Assembly (NCBI GenBank): GCA_044222185.1
Contig: JBGANV010000011.1
Span: 64,001 to 128,000, forward strand
DNA from: Planctomycetota bacterium
GTDB lineage: Bacteria > Planctomycetota > GCA-002687715 > CAIWVZ01
DNA: 64,000 nt
Direction: 5' to 3'
The position numbers and the translations under genes are program-made. Shown piece by piece: positions 9,532-18,394 of the stretch; position 1 is the first letter of the stretch, and every line of letters starts with the position of its first letter. A model generated the notes under the pieces. That model had not been told where the DNA came from. It made no database searches and saw only the letters and a list, made by a program, of their open reading frames with translations.

Positions 9532-10875
9532 TCAGCGCTCCACCGAGAATGCCCGCCGCCACTCCCGCTCCAGTCCGGCGAGATCGAGGCCGATGACGGC
9601 CTTCATGACGGCGGACTGAGCGTCGGTGTCCGCCGGACTCGTCCCCAGGGCTCGAATGAGTCGGTCGAACCGTGGCGCGTAGCGCGGGTCGTCATGGAGG
9701 AAGCCGATGATCGCCGAGGCCTGCCGGTACAGGGCGCAGGGGCAATGGTCGGGGCCGTCACCCTGGGCGAGGCATCCGAGCCCTGCGAACCGCTCGAGGG
9801 AGAGTGCCGTCCCCCGCCCGATGGCGTCCCGCGACCACTCGTCGCGGGACGCGCGCGGCGTGCACATGAACTCGGCGCAGCCTTCGTGGAGCCACGATGC
9901 GCCGCGCGCGAGAAACAGTCGGTTCTCGAGGAGCTGGTGCGTGGCCTCGTGGATGTGCGTTCCCGAGTCGGGATCCTCGTCGCTCGTCGCGTAATAGTCG
10001 AAGAGCGCGTGGCCGGCGATGACGCTGGCCGGGGCGTCGGGAACCCCCTTCTGGCGTTTGTAGAACGCCGCGTGCTCGTCCGGCGATGCAAAGAGGAACA
10101 CCGGCAGCAGCCGGCGCTCGGCGACTTCGGGAAACGGGAACACCTCGCGGATGCGCGCATGGTTCGCCTCGATCACGTCGGCGAACGTGCGTCCGTGGTC
10201 GCCGTTCGTCAGCACGATGTAGTGAGGCGTGCGAATGGGTGGTTTCATCGGCGTCGTGGTGACGAGCCCGGGTCCCGCGGCCCATCGGTCACGGGCCTCC
10301 GCATCCGACCAACGCGGGTCGCGAACCGGTCCGGAATAGCGAACGCCCTCGCGAAGGAACGTCCGGATGCGATCCCGCTCCCCGTCGTCGAGCTTCCCGT
10401 AGCAATCCACCGCCACGTAGAAGCACGCGTCGCGCAGCAGGCCGCAGAGGATGTATCCCTCGCGTCCTTCGGATTCGTGGCGCAGTTCGGCCAGTGCCGC
10501 GTACGGCGCGAAACCGTAGGGGCCGGGCACGAGCTCGCGCGCATCGACGTGATATCCCTTCCAGACCGAGAGCACGCGCCCCACGAGCCCGTCCGGTTCG
10601 TCGATGCCGAGAACCGACCGGCGCATGACGGAGAGCGTCACGTAGCAGCGGGCCGCCGAGAACCTGCCGAGCCACTCCCCCACGACCTGCGCGTTCTCGG
10701 GCGGCGCGATGGTGAGTGGCGGCAGCCTCTCGAAGTCGAGCGTGATTCCGTTGTCGAACGTCTTCCTTGCCGGAGCCTGCGCGATCGCTCCCACAGTGAA
10801 CAGGAACGTCACCGCGAGGATGGACCAGCCCCCTCGTCCGCGAAGACGGTTGATTGACGACTTTCGGTGATTCAC
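9532..10875 (-). CDS. Secreted putative zinc metallopeptidase (HExxH...E; DUF1570/peptidase MA-like)
   Basis: HEATH followed by WLHEGCAE; signal-like N-terminus. Confidence 0.65.
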   Translation of the reverse strand: MNHRKSSINRLRGRGGWSILAVTFLFTVGAIAQAPARKTFDNGITLDFERLPPLTIAPPENAQVVGEWLGRFSAARCYVTLSVMRRSVLGIDEPDGLVGRVLSVWKGYHVDARELVPGPYGFAPYAALAELRHESEGREGYILCGLLRDACFYVAVDCYGKLDDGERDRIRTFLREGVRYSGPVRDPRWSDAEARDRWAAGPGLVTTTPMKPPIRTPHYIVLTNGDHGRTFADVIEANHARIREVFPFPEVAERRLLPVFLFASPDEHAAFYKRQKGVPDAPASVIAGHALFDYYATSDEDPDSGTHIHEATHQLLENRLFLARGASWLHEGCAEFMCTPRASRDEWSRDAIGRGTALSLERFAGLGCLAQGDGPDHCPCALYRQASAIIGFLHDDPRYAPRFDRLIRALGTSPADTDAQSAVMKAVIGLDLAGLEREWRRAFSVER

Positions 10876-11024
10876 GCCTGAGCGGCCGCGCTGGGGCCGC
10901 TCTCATGCATCGGAAGTCCGATGCCATCGCGTTGAAGCGCGCTCACGAAGGCGGTGATCCGGCGGCTTCGGGAACGTTCACTCGCCCGCCGGGTTGACGT
11001 CACGCTCGGATGAGCGAGCGCATG

Positions 11025-12419
11025 TCATCCGCGATCGGTGGCGGCGAAACGGCGATTGAAGAAGATGACCGCGAGCGAACATTCGACGACGGCGACGGCC
11101 ACGAGCACGCCCACGGGCAGAAGGATCTCGCTCAGCGGGCTTCGATGCGCGAGGACTCCCATGTATCCGTCCATCGCCCACGCGTTCAGCGTGAAGTGGC
11201 CGACGGTCTGCATCCACTTGGGCATGATGAAGAGCGGGAACCACGAGCCGCCCGTCGCGGACATGAGGAGGATGACGAGCGTCGCGATGCCGTCGATCTG
11301 CTTGGACGACCGCCCGATCGTCGCGAGCAGGACGCCGAATCCCGTGGATGCAGCGACGGTCGCGGCCGACACGAGAACGACGCCGTGCAGGTGCCGCATG
11401 ACCGGCAAGCCGAACGCGACGGCGCCGAAGGCGAACATGACGGCAAGTTGTCCGAGGCCGATGACGAACGTCATCAAGAATTTGCCGGCGATGATCGCGC
11501 CACGAGGCGCCGGCGTCACGAGCAGGCGGCGCAACGTGCCCGCGTCGCGTTCGTCGAGCAGCGTGCGCCCGCAGGCCGAGAGGCCGAAGAGGAGCATCAT
11601 CACCGCCGTTCCCGCGACGGCTTGAGCGAGCATGGCGGCCCGCTGCGCCTGGGCCTTGTCGCTGGTTTCGGCGCCGACGACGGTCTCCTTCAGCCCCATG
11701 AACGAGCCCATGCCGGTGATTCCGGAGACGCCCGCATCCTTCTTCTTGCCGGTGTCCTTTGCCGGCTTCGTCTCGGACTTGCGCGAGTCGGCCTTGTTCC
11801 ACTCGATCGCGCGCTCGAAGGCATCGAAGAACGTCGACGCGGCGATGTCCAGGAGCGAGGTCTGGGTGTTGCCGAGGACGCCCTCCGACTGAAGCTCGCG
11901 GAGCCCGCGCGTGACCATGGAACGCGCGAGCTTCCCACTCGTCGCCGTCATCAGCGCCGGCATCATGGCCTGCGACGCAAGCTGGAATTCCATCTCCTTG
12001 GCGGGATCGCGGACGATCTCGATCCCGGACGGCGTTCCCGCCTCGATCCGCTTCTCGAACCCCGCCTCGATGACGACGCCGAGCGGGAAGCGGCTGTGAC
12101 GGATTCCCTCGAGCAGCGACTCGCGCGTCCACGGCTTCCCGGCGGATTCCTCCAAGGAGGCTTCGGCCAGTCCCGTGACCGCGAGGGCCTCGACGAACCG
12201 GCGGCTCGCGTCCGTCCGATCCAGGTCGGCCACTCGCAGCGAGAGCTTCGGCATGCCTCCATCGTCGTCGCCGCCGAGAAAGCCGAACACGCTCGCCATG
12301 ATGGCGACGAGTCCCACGGGCAGTAGGAACCCGAGCGCGAGTCCGACCTTGTCGCGGCAGTAGATCCGAAGGTCCTTCAGAGCGACCGTCCACGACAGCC
12401 TGAACGCATCCATGAACAT
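11025..12419 (-). CDS. ABC-2 type exporter permease
   Basis: One N-terminal TM helix, large extracytoplasmic loop, C-terminal TM bundle; ERDAGTLRRLLVTP, GGSWFP. Immediately downstream of the ATPase. Confidence 0.9.
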   Translation of the reverse strand: MFMDAFRLSWTVALKDLRIYCRDKVGLALGFLLPVGLVAIMASVFGFLGGDDDGGMPKLSLRVADLDRTDASRRFVEALAVTGLAEASLEESAGKPWTRESLLEGIRHSRFPLGVVIEAGFEKRIEAGTPSGIEIVRDPAKEMEFQLASQAMMPALMTATSGKLARSMVTRGLRELQSEGVLGNTQTSLLDIAASTFFDAFERAIEWNKADSRKSETKPAKDTGKKKDAGVSGITGMGSFMGLKETVVGAETSDKAQAQRAAMLAQAVAGTAVMMLLFGLSACGRTLLDERDAGTLRRLLVTPAPRGAIIAGKFLMTFVIGLGQLAVMFAFGAVAFGLPVMRHLHGVVLVSAATVAASTGFGVLLATIGRSSKQIDGIATLVILLMSATGGSWFPLFIMPKWMQTVGHFTLNAWAMDGYMGVLAHRSPLSEILLPVGVLVAVAVVECSLAVIFFNRRFAATDRG

Positions 12420-12423
12420 CGGC

Positions 12424-13365
12424 TCAGTCCCTCAGCGCGCGGCCCGTGAGAGCCAGAAAGACGGTTTCCAGGTCGGGCTTGCGGAGCGTCACCGCCTGCG
12501 GCCTCACACCGCCGGCGGCGAATCGGTCGAGCACTTTCATGAGCGTCGCCACGCCTTCGACCGGCAACGTGATGGTGTTCTCGTGGATGGCGGTCGCATA
12601 CCCGGCGAGCGCCGAGGCGACGGCCGGGCCGTCCGGCGCGACACCATCCGGCAAGGTGAGCTCCAGTTGCTCGCGCGCGCCGATCTTCGCCAGGAGTTCG
12701 TCGCGCGTGCCGACGGCGACGATCTTCCCGTGGTCCATGATCCCGATGCGGTCGCACAGCCGTTCGGCCTCTTCCATGTAGTGCGTGGTGTAGACGAGAG
12801 TCACGCCCTTCCTCTTCAGCGCCTGGACCATGTCGAAGAGGTGGTTGCGCGATTGCGGATCCACGCCGACCGTCGGTTCGTCGAGGAGGACGAGTGACGG
12901 TTCGTGGACCAGGCCTGCGGCCAGGTTGAGCCGACGCTTCATGCCGCCCGAGAACGTGTCGACGCGGTCGGCGGCCCGATCGACGAGTCCGGCGATGTCG
13001 AGCGCGGCGTCGACCCTGGGCCTGAGGTTCGAGCTCGGAATGCCGAAGAGACGCCCGAAGAACTCCAGGTTCTCGCGGGCGGTCAATTCGGAGTAGAGGG
13101 AGAGTTCCTGGGGGACGTAGCCCAGGACTCGGCGCACCGCCGAGGGGTCGACGGCGACGTCGTGACCGCCCACCGTCACCCTCCCCGACTCGGGCCGGAT
13201 GAGCGTCGACACCATGGAGAGCGTCGTGGTCTTTCCAGCTCCGTTGGGGCCCAGGAGCCCGAAACACTCTCCGACCCGCACCTCGAACGAAACCCCGTCC
13301 ACGGCCGTGGTCGCGCCGTACCGCTTCCGTACGTCCGCGACCGATAGCGCTATCTGATCCGTCAT
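12424..13365 (-). CDS. ABC exporter ATP-binding protein
   Basis: Walker A GPNGAGKTT, signature FSGGMKRR, Walker B VLLDEPTVGVD, H-loop TTHY. Start moved to ATG 13365. Confidence 0.93.
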   Translation of the reverse strand: MTDQIALSVADVRKRYGATTAVDGVSFEVRVGECFGLLGPNGAGKTTTLSMVSTLIRPESGRVTVGGHDVAVDPSAVRRVLGYVPQELSLYSELTARENLEFFGRLFGIPSSNLRPRVDAALDIAGLVDRAADRVDTFSGGMKRRLNLAAGLVHEPSLVLLDEPTVGVDPQSRNHLFDMVQALKRKGVTLVYTTHYMEEAERLCDRIGIMDHGKIVAVGTRDELLAKIGAREQLELTLPDGVAPDGPAVASALAGYATAIHENTITLPVEGVATLMKVLDRFAAGGVRPQAVTLRKPDLETVFLALTGRALRD

Positions 13366-13633
13366 TTGAAGTTGATCCGCATTCGGATGTCCGGCGGGAT
13401 CTTCATACCACGCCTTCGTCGCGGCGAGTCGAGCCGTGGAGGGAGTCACCGTCGTGCTCAGAACCGACACCGCGCCGGTCGATCCGCGAGCAGCGGGGGT
13501 CCCCGCCGACCGTTCACGCGAGCGCCTGCTGGCATTCCCGGTACGGCTTGTGCTTGATGACTTCCCGATCGGGTCCCGCCATCGGTGGAATTCTCCGCCC
13601 GCGGCCGGGGTTCGAGATCGAGAATTGCACGAC

Positions 13634-14701
13634 ATGATCTCGCCCATCCGTGGATCCGCTCACCTGGCCGCCGTGGCTTCCGCGGTGCCCCCATTCGTGG
13701 TCGGCGTCGATGAAACGGTTGCACGCCTCCATGCACTATTTCCTGACGAGGACCCGGCGTTCGTCCGGGGGATCGTCGAGCGCTCAGGTGTGGAGCAGCG
13801 ACACATCTCCCTCCCCGTGGAGGAGGCCGTACGGCCGCGCTCCTTCACGGACCGCAACAACCACTACCACCGGATCGCCGCCGATCTGGCCGAGCAGGCC
13901 TGTCGACGCGCGCTGCGGCAGGCCGACGTGGCGGCGGACGAGATCGACGTGGTGATCGACGTGTCCTGCACGGGAATCGCGATCCCAGCGCTGGATACGG
14001 TCCTCAGTGCCAGGCTGGGACTGAGACCGGACGTCAAACGGATTCCCATCACGGAGGCTGGATGCGCCGCCGGCACGCTCGCGCTCGGCCTCGCCGCGTC
14101 GCTCGCCGAGCTGGGGCGGCGATCCCTCGTCGTCGCCGTCGAGCTGTGCTCGCTCACCCTCGTCCAGGGAGACCGCACGCGGACCAATCTCGTCGCGTCC
14201 GTGCTCTTCGGCGACGGCGCGGCCGCGGCGGTCGTGACTCCGTCCGGGCCCGGGCCGCGCTTCGAAGCCGTCGGCTCGCACCTGTTCCGCGACAGCCGCG
14301 GAGCCATGGGGTTCGACGTGGGCGAACACGGGCTGCGCCTCGTGCTGCAGCGCGAGCTCCCCCGCATCCTGGAGAATCACCTGAAGCCGGCCATCGATGG
14401 CTTCCTCGACCGGCACGGCAGGAGCATGGCCGACGTGAACCTCCACCTCGTACATCCGGGCGGTCGCCGAGTCCTCGAGACCTACCAGGAGATGTACGGC
14501 CTCTCGCCCGAGGACCTGGAATGCTCGTACACCTCGTTGCGGCGCTTCGGCAACCTCTCGTCGGCGGCGATCCTGACGGTGCTGGAGCTCGCGCTCTCCC
14601 GCCACGTGCCGGGCTCGAGACGGGCGCGCGCATTCATGATCAGCTTCGGGCCCGGCCTCTCGGCGGAGATGGCGATGCTCGATTGGACGGCGGGAGGTTG
14701 A
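13634..14701 (+). CDS. Type III polyketide synthase (chalcone synthase-like)
   Basis: Catalytic triad contexts AGCAAG (Cys), VHPGG (His), FGNLSS (Asn); VELCSL, LFGDGAAA, FGPG. Confidence 0.93.
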   Translation: MISPIRGSAHLAAVASAVPPFVVGVDETVARLHALFPDEDPAFVRGIVERSGVEQRHISLPVEEAVRPRSFTDRNNHYHRIAADLAEQACRRALRQADVAADEIDVVIDVSCTGIAIPALDTVLSARLGLRPDVKRIPITEAGCAAGTLALGLAASLAELGRRSLVVAVELCSLTLVQGDRTRTNLVASVLFGDGAAAAVVTPSGPGPRFEAVGSHLFRDSRGAMGFDVGEHGLRLVLQRELPRILENHLKPAIDGFLDRHGRSMADVNLHLVHPGGRRVLETYQEMYGLSPEDLECSYTSLRRFGNLSSAAILTVLELALSRHVPGSRRARAFMISFGPGLSAEMAMLDWTAGG

Positions 14702-14705
14702 CGTC

Positions 14706-16025
14706 ATGAACCACGGCACGTCCGTCCGACCCTCGTTCGCGAACATCCTTCGCGCTGCAACCATGATCGGGACGCTGATCGCCGTCGCGCCGGCACAAGC
14801 CGCTCCGACAGCACCTGCACCGTTTGGTTTTCGTCGCTTCACCGTCGCGTCGCAGTCGAGCCAGGCCGGTTTCGACGGGTCTTCCAGCCTCCACGACTTC
14901 TCCGGCAAGACGAAGAAGGTCGACGGCGAGATCCACTTCGACGAGCGCGTGCTGGAGCAGACCGCCGGCGGCCTCGTCGGCATCGACGCCGCATCGCTGG
15001 ACACGGGCGAGAAGGACCGGGACGCGGAGATGCGCAAGCGCCTCGCGACGGACCGGTTTCCCAAGATCACGTTCGGCCTCGATCACATCACCGGGTCGCT
15101 CGTGAATCTCTCCGGCACGGTGAAGGCGCGCGGGAAGTTCACGATCCACGGCGTGCCGCGCGAGCGGACGTTCGACGTCACGTTCGAAGCGACGGACGGC
15201 GGGTTCCGCGTGAAGGGCAGCTGCAAGTTCAAGATGACGGATCACGGCATCGAGCCGCCCGTGGCCTTCGTCGTGACGACGAGCGACGAGGTGAAGGTGT
15301 GGTTCGACGTCCTGTTCGTCCCAGTCGCCTCCGACACCGTGGTGGCGAAGGCCTGGGACGCGGACGTGACGGAAACCCTCACGCCCGCGCTCGGCGATCC
15401 GACCACCTCCCAAAGACGCGACCAGATCCTCGCCTTCGGTGATCGGCTCGTCTGGTATCGACCGGAGACCGGCACTGCCGCACAGCTCCAAGGCGAAACG
15501 CTCACGCGGCTCGATCTGCGGGCGGCGGCGACTTCCGGCCCGCCGGACGCGTGCGACTCCCAGTTCGGCGAAGCGCGGGGCCGCCTCGAGGGAATGAAGG
15601 CCAAGATCGCGGCGCTTCCCGAGGAGAAACGCGCAGCCCTCCTGGGCAAGGTCCAGGACACGATCAAGCGACTCGAAACCGCCATCGCACTCGCGCCGGA
15701 GGCGGGCGATGCCGTCGTCACGACCACCGAGGCGGCGTCCACGCTGAAGCTCGGCACGACCACCTGGCTCTCGTTCGAAGCCGCGGCCGGTGACGCCCGC
15801 CTCGGCACGATGCTCGGGGCGCTCGACGGACAACCTCGCGCCGTGCGCGCCGCGCTGCCGCGCCTCGTCGGAGTCCCGAGGACGCTGTCGCTCCGGACGG
15901 TCGCGCCAGCGGGAACGAGGACCGTGCGTTGGACCATCCAGCCGGTTGCGGACGTGGCCGTCCCGAAATGGATGGACGACCTCTCGAGCTGGACTCACGC
16001 CGCAGAACAAGGAGTCTCGTGGTGA
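14706..16025 (+). CDS. Secreted YceI-family lipid/polyisoprenoid-binding protein with C-terminal extension
   Basis: Signal peptide; YceI hallmarks SLDTGEKDRDAEMR, FPKITF, GKFTIHGV, DHGIEPP; about 220 additional C-terminal residues. Confidence 0.8.
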   Translation: MNHGTSVRPSFANILRAATMIGTLIAVAPAQAAPTAPAPFGFRRFTVASQSSQAGFDGSSSLHDFSGKTKKVDGEIHFDERVLEQTAGGLVGIDAASLDTGEKDRDAEMRKRLATDRFPKITFGLDHITGSLVNLSGTVKARGKFTIHGVPRERTFDVTFEATDGGFRVKGSCKFKMTDHGIEPPVAFVVTTSDEVKVWFDVLFVPVASDTVVAKAWDADVTETLTPALGDPTTSQRRDQILAFGDRLVWYRPETGTAAQLQGETLTRLDLRAAATSGPPDACDSQFGEARGRLEGMKAKIAALPEEKRAALLGKVQDTIKRLETAIALAPEAGDAVVTTTEAASTLKLGTTTWLSFEAAAGDARLGTMLGALDGQPRAVRAALPRLVGVPRTLSLRTVAPAGTRTVRWTIQPVADVAVPKWMDDLSSWTHAAEQGVSW

Positions 16026-16552
16026 CCAGAACGCAACGCTCGGCCCTGGGGCTCGCCGTCCTCGCGGTGGCTGCGGGAGTGGTGATCTGCGTCGTCACGG
16101 GAGCATGCGCGGCCCCGAAGCCCGAGCTGCGCCAGGTCACGCTGGGCGAGGTTCAATCACCAACGGACGAGAAGGGACCCGCCGCCGACATGCTCGGCGG
16201 CACTCCCGCGTCGTTCCTCGTCGGCGGGAACGCCGACGTGGACGTGCTCATGGCCGAGCGCAAACGGCTCCATGGGATCTACCCCGCGGCGAAGCTCGGC
16301 GTCGTCATCGACGGCTCGGGGCTCGATGCACTGAAGTCCACGGCGCTCGGTGATCGCCTCGTCGAAGCCATGCTCGATGAGGGCGCGACCTTGCTCGTCG
16401 ACCGGACCGGAGCAACGGCACGCAGCCTCCGCGACGGCGCCATGGGGGTCCACCTCGTGCACGTGAACGCCGAATCACGCGTCGATGCGTCGGCGAAGCT
16501 CCCCGGCGCGTCCGCCGACGTGGAACGCGCCGCGATGGGATTGGTCCCATGA
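16022..16552 (+). CDS. Putative lipoprotein, possibly thioredoxin-like fold without CxxC
   Basis: GTG start overlapping the upstream TGA (GTGA); lipobox-like VTGAC; LLVDRTGATARSL resembles redoxin-fold segments. Its stop overlaps the next ATG. Confidence 0.65.
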   Translation: MTRTQRSALGLAVLAVAAGVVICVVTGACAAPKPELRQVTLGEVQSPTDEKGPAADMLGGTPASFLVGGNADVDVLMAERKRLHGIYPAAKLGVVIDGSGLDALKSTALGDRLVEAMLDEGATLLVDRTGATARSLRDGAMGVHLVHVNAESRVDASAKLPGASADVERAAMGLVP

Positions 16553-17670
16553 CGTCCGCGGCGTTCGACCTCGCGGTGATCGGCGGCGGCCCCGGCGGTG
16601 CGAGCGCCGCGCTCTGCGCCGCGAAGATCGGCCTGCGTGTCGCGCTCTTCGATCCGGCCGATGCCTCCGCTGACAAGCCTTGCGGAGAGGGTCTCATGCC
16701 CGAGGGCGTCGATGTCCTCGAGTACATGGGACTGACGGATGTGCTCGCCCGCGCCCGCCCATTCGCGGGCCTTCGCTACGTCATTCCCAGGACGCTGCCG
16801 CTCGACGTCCCATTCGCGGCAGCCGGCCGATCGATCACGCGGCCCGACCTGCAGGCGGCGATCGACGCCGCCATCGACCGCGCGCCGACCATCGTCCGGT
16901 TTCGCGAAGCCGCGTCCGTCGGGCGCACGGGCGGGCGCTTCGACGTCCGCGGGTCCGAGGGGGCACACATCGACAGTTCCACCCTCGCGGTCGCCGACGG
17001 ATCCAGCGGCCACGCCGCAGAATGGCTGGGCCGGCGAGCTCGACGTCGGCGGACGCGCATCGGGATTCGCACGCGGTTCGAGGCACACTCGCCACTCGAC
17101 CGCGTGGAGATCCACATGGGGCACGCCTGTGAGGTCTACCTGACTCCGCTCCCCGATGGGCTGGTCAACGCGGCCATCCTGGTGGACGCCACTGCCGTGG
17201 AGCACAGGGACGTCGATGCGCTCGTCCTGTGGGCACTGGATCGCAACCCGCCGGCGCGCGCACGCCTGGGCCCATGCGTCACGAGGCCCGAGGCCCGCAC
17301 GCTTCACTCCTATCGCGCTCGAGAGCTGTCGGACGGACGCGCGTTTCTCGTGGGCGATGCGGGATGGGAGGTCGATCCGATCGTCGGATGCGGCGTGACG
17401 CTCGCGCTCCAATCGGGCCGTCTCGCCGCCGAGTGCGCCGCACGAACGCTGGGTGGAGTTGCCCCGCAGGAGATCGCCCGTCACTACGCCCGCAAGTATC
17501 ACCGCGTCGCCGAGCCGCGCGATCGCCTCGCGCGGCTTCTGCAATTCCTCTCGGACCACGCACGAGCAGCGAGCTGCGCCGCGTTCGTGCTGGCCCGCAT
17601 GCCGCGCCTGCTGGCTTTTCTCGCCAACAAGGCGGCGGGCGCGCGCGTCGGAACGCTCAACCGGTCGTGA
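16549..17670 (+). CDS. FAD-dependent oxidoreductase (geranylgeranyl reductase/monooxygenase-like)
   Basis: GGGPGG Rossmann motif, DKPCGEGL, VADG, LVGDAG...DPIVGCG. ATGA coupling to the upstream gene. Confidence 0.88.
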   Translation: MTSAAFDLAVIGGGPGGASAALCAAKIGLRVALFDPADASADKPCGEGLMPEGVDVLEYMGLTDVLARARPFAGLRYVIPRTLPLDVPFAAAGRSITRPDLQAAIDAAIDRAPTIVRFREAASVGRTGGRFDVRGSEGAHIDSSTLAVADGSSGHAAEWLGRRARRRRTRIGIRTRFEAHSPLDRVEIHMGHACEVYLTPLPDGLVNAAILVDATAVEHRDVDALVLWALDRNPPARARLGPCVTRPEARTLHSYRARELSDGRAFLVGDAGWEVDPIVGCGVTLALQSGRLAAECAARTLGGVAPQEIARHYARKYHRVAEPRDRLARLLQFLSDHARAASCAAFVLARMPRLLAFLANKAAGARVGTLNRS

Positions 17671-18250
17671 CGGTGGCCTTCAGGATCAGCAGGGGTTCGG
17701 AGGGCGTCCCCGATCCGGACCCGCAACGTTCCAGTTCCTTCAGGACGTCCATGCCGCCCGTGATCTCGCCGTAGATCGTGTGCTTGCCGTCGAGGTGCGG
17801 CGTCGGAACGAACGTGAGGAAGAACTGGCTTCCGTCCGTTCCCGGACCGGCGTTGGCCATGCTCAACAGACCCGGACGATCGTGACGCACCTTGGGGCTG
17901 AACTCGCCGTCGAAGCGGTATCCAGGTCCGCCGCGCCCCGACCCCTCGGGGCACCCGCCCTGTGCCATGAATCGCGAGATCACACGGTGGAAGATGAGTC
18001 CGTCGTAGAACCCGAGCCGGCTCAAGTAGATCGTGCTCGTCACGTGCATGGGCGCCACGTCCGGCATCAGCCGCACGGTGATCACGCCCTTGTTCGTCTC
18101 GAGGTTCCAGAAGTACTTGCAGCCCGCGTCGAACGCGACCTGGGTCGGCTTCGGAAGGCTCGTGCGCCAGCCTCGGGCATTCTTGTCGATCTTCTTCGAC
18201 GCGATGAACGCGTCGACCGCGGCGAACGCAGCGTTGGTGTTCTCGGTCAT
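17657..18250 (-). CDS. Cyclophilin-type peptidyl-prolyl cis-trans isomerase
   Basis: FYDGLIFHRVI, FMAQGG, LSMANAGPGTDGSQFF, HLDGKHTIYG. Confidence 0.95.
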   Translation of the reverse strand: MTENTNAAFAAVDAFIASKKIDKNARGWRTSLPKPTQVAFDAGCKYFWNLETNKGVITVRLMPDVAPMHVTSTIYLSRLGFYDGLIFHRVISRFMAQGGCPEGSGRGGPGYRFDGEFSPKVRHDRPGLLSMANAGPGTDGSQFFLTFVPTPHLDGKHTIYGEITGGMDVLKELERCGSGSGTPSEPLLILKATVTTG

Positions 18251-18394
18251 GCGATTGAGCTCCGTTGGGGTCGGCGATGGTAGACGGCCCGAGGGCCGCA
18301 TTCGAGTGCGCACCCGGCGGAGCGGCGTGGCCTGACGCCAGTCGGTGGAGGGAAAAGGGGGCCTCGCAGCGAAGCCCACCTATAATCCCGCGCC

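Noticed and set aside
6425-9562. 1045-aa antisense ORF, and similar long ORFs at 18380-21043, 27694-30594, 44352-46940 and 48835-50778
   Set aside because: Shadow frames of well-supported genes. They are Arg/Gly-rich without motifs, as expected from stop-codon scarcity in high-GC DNA.
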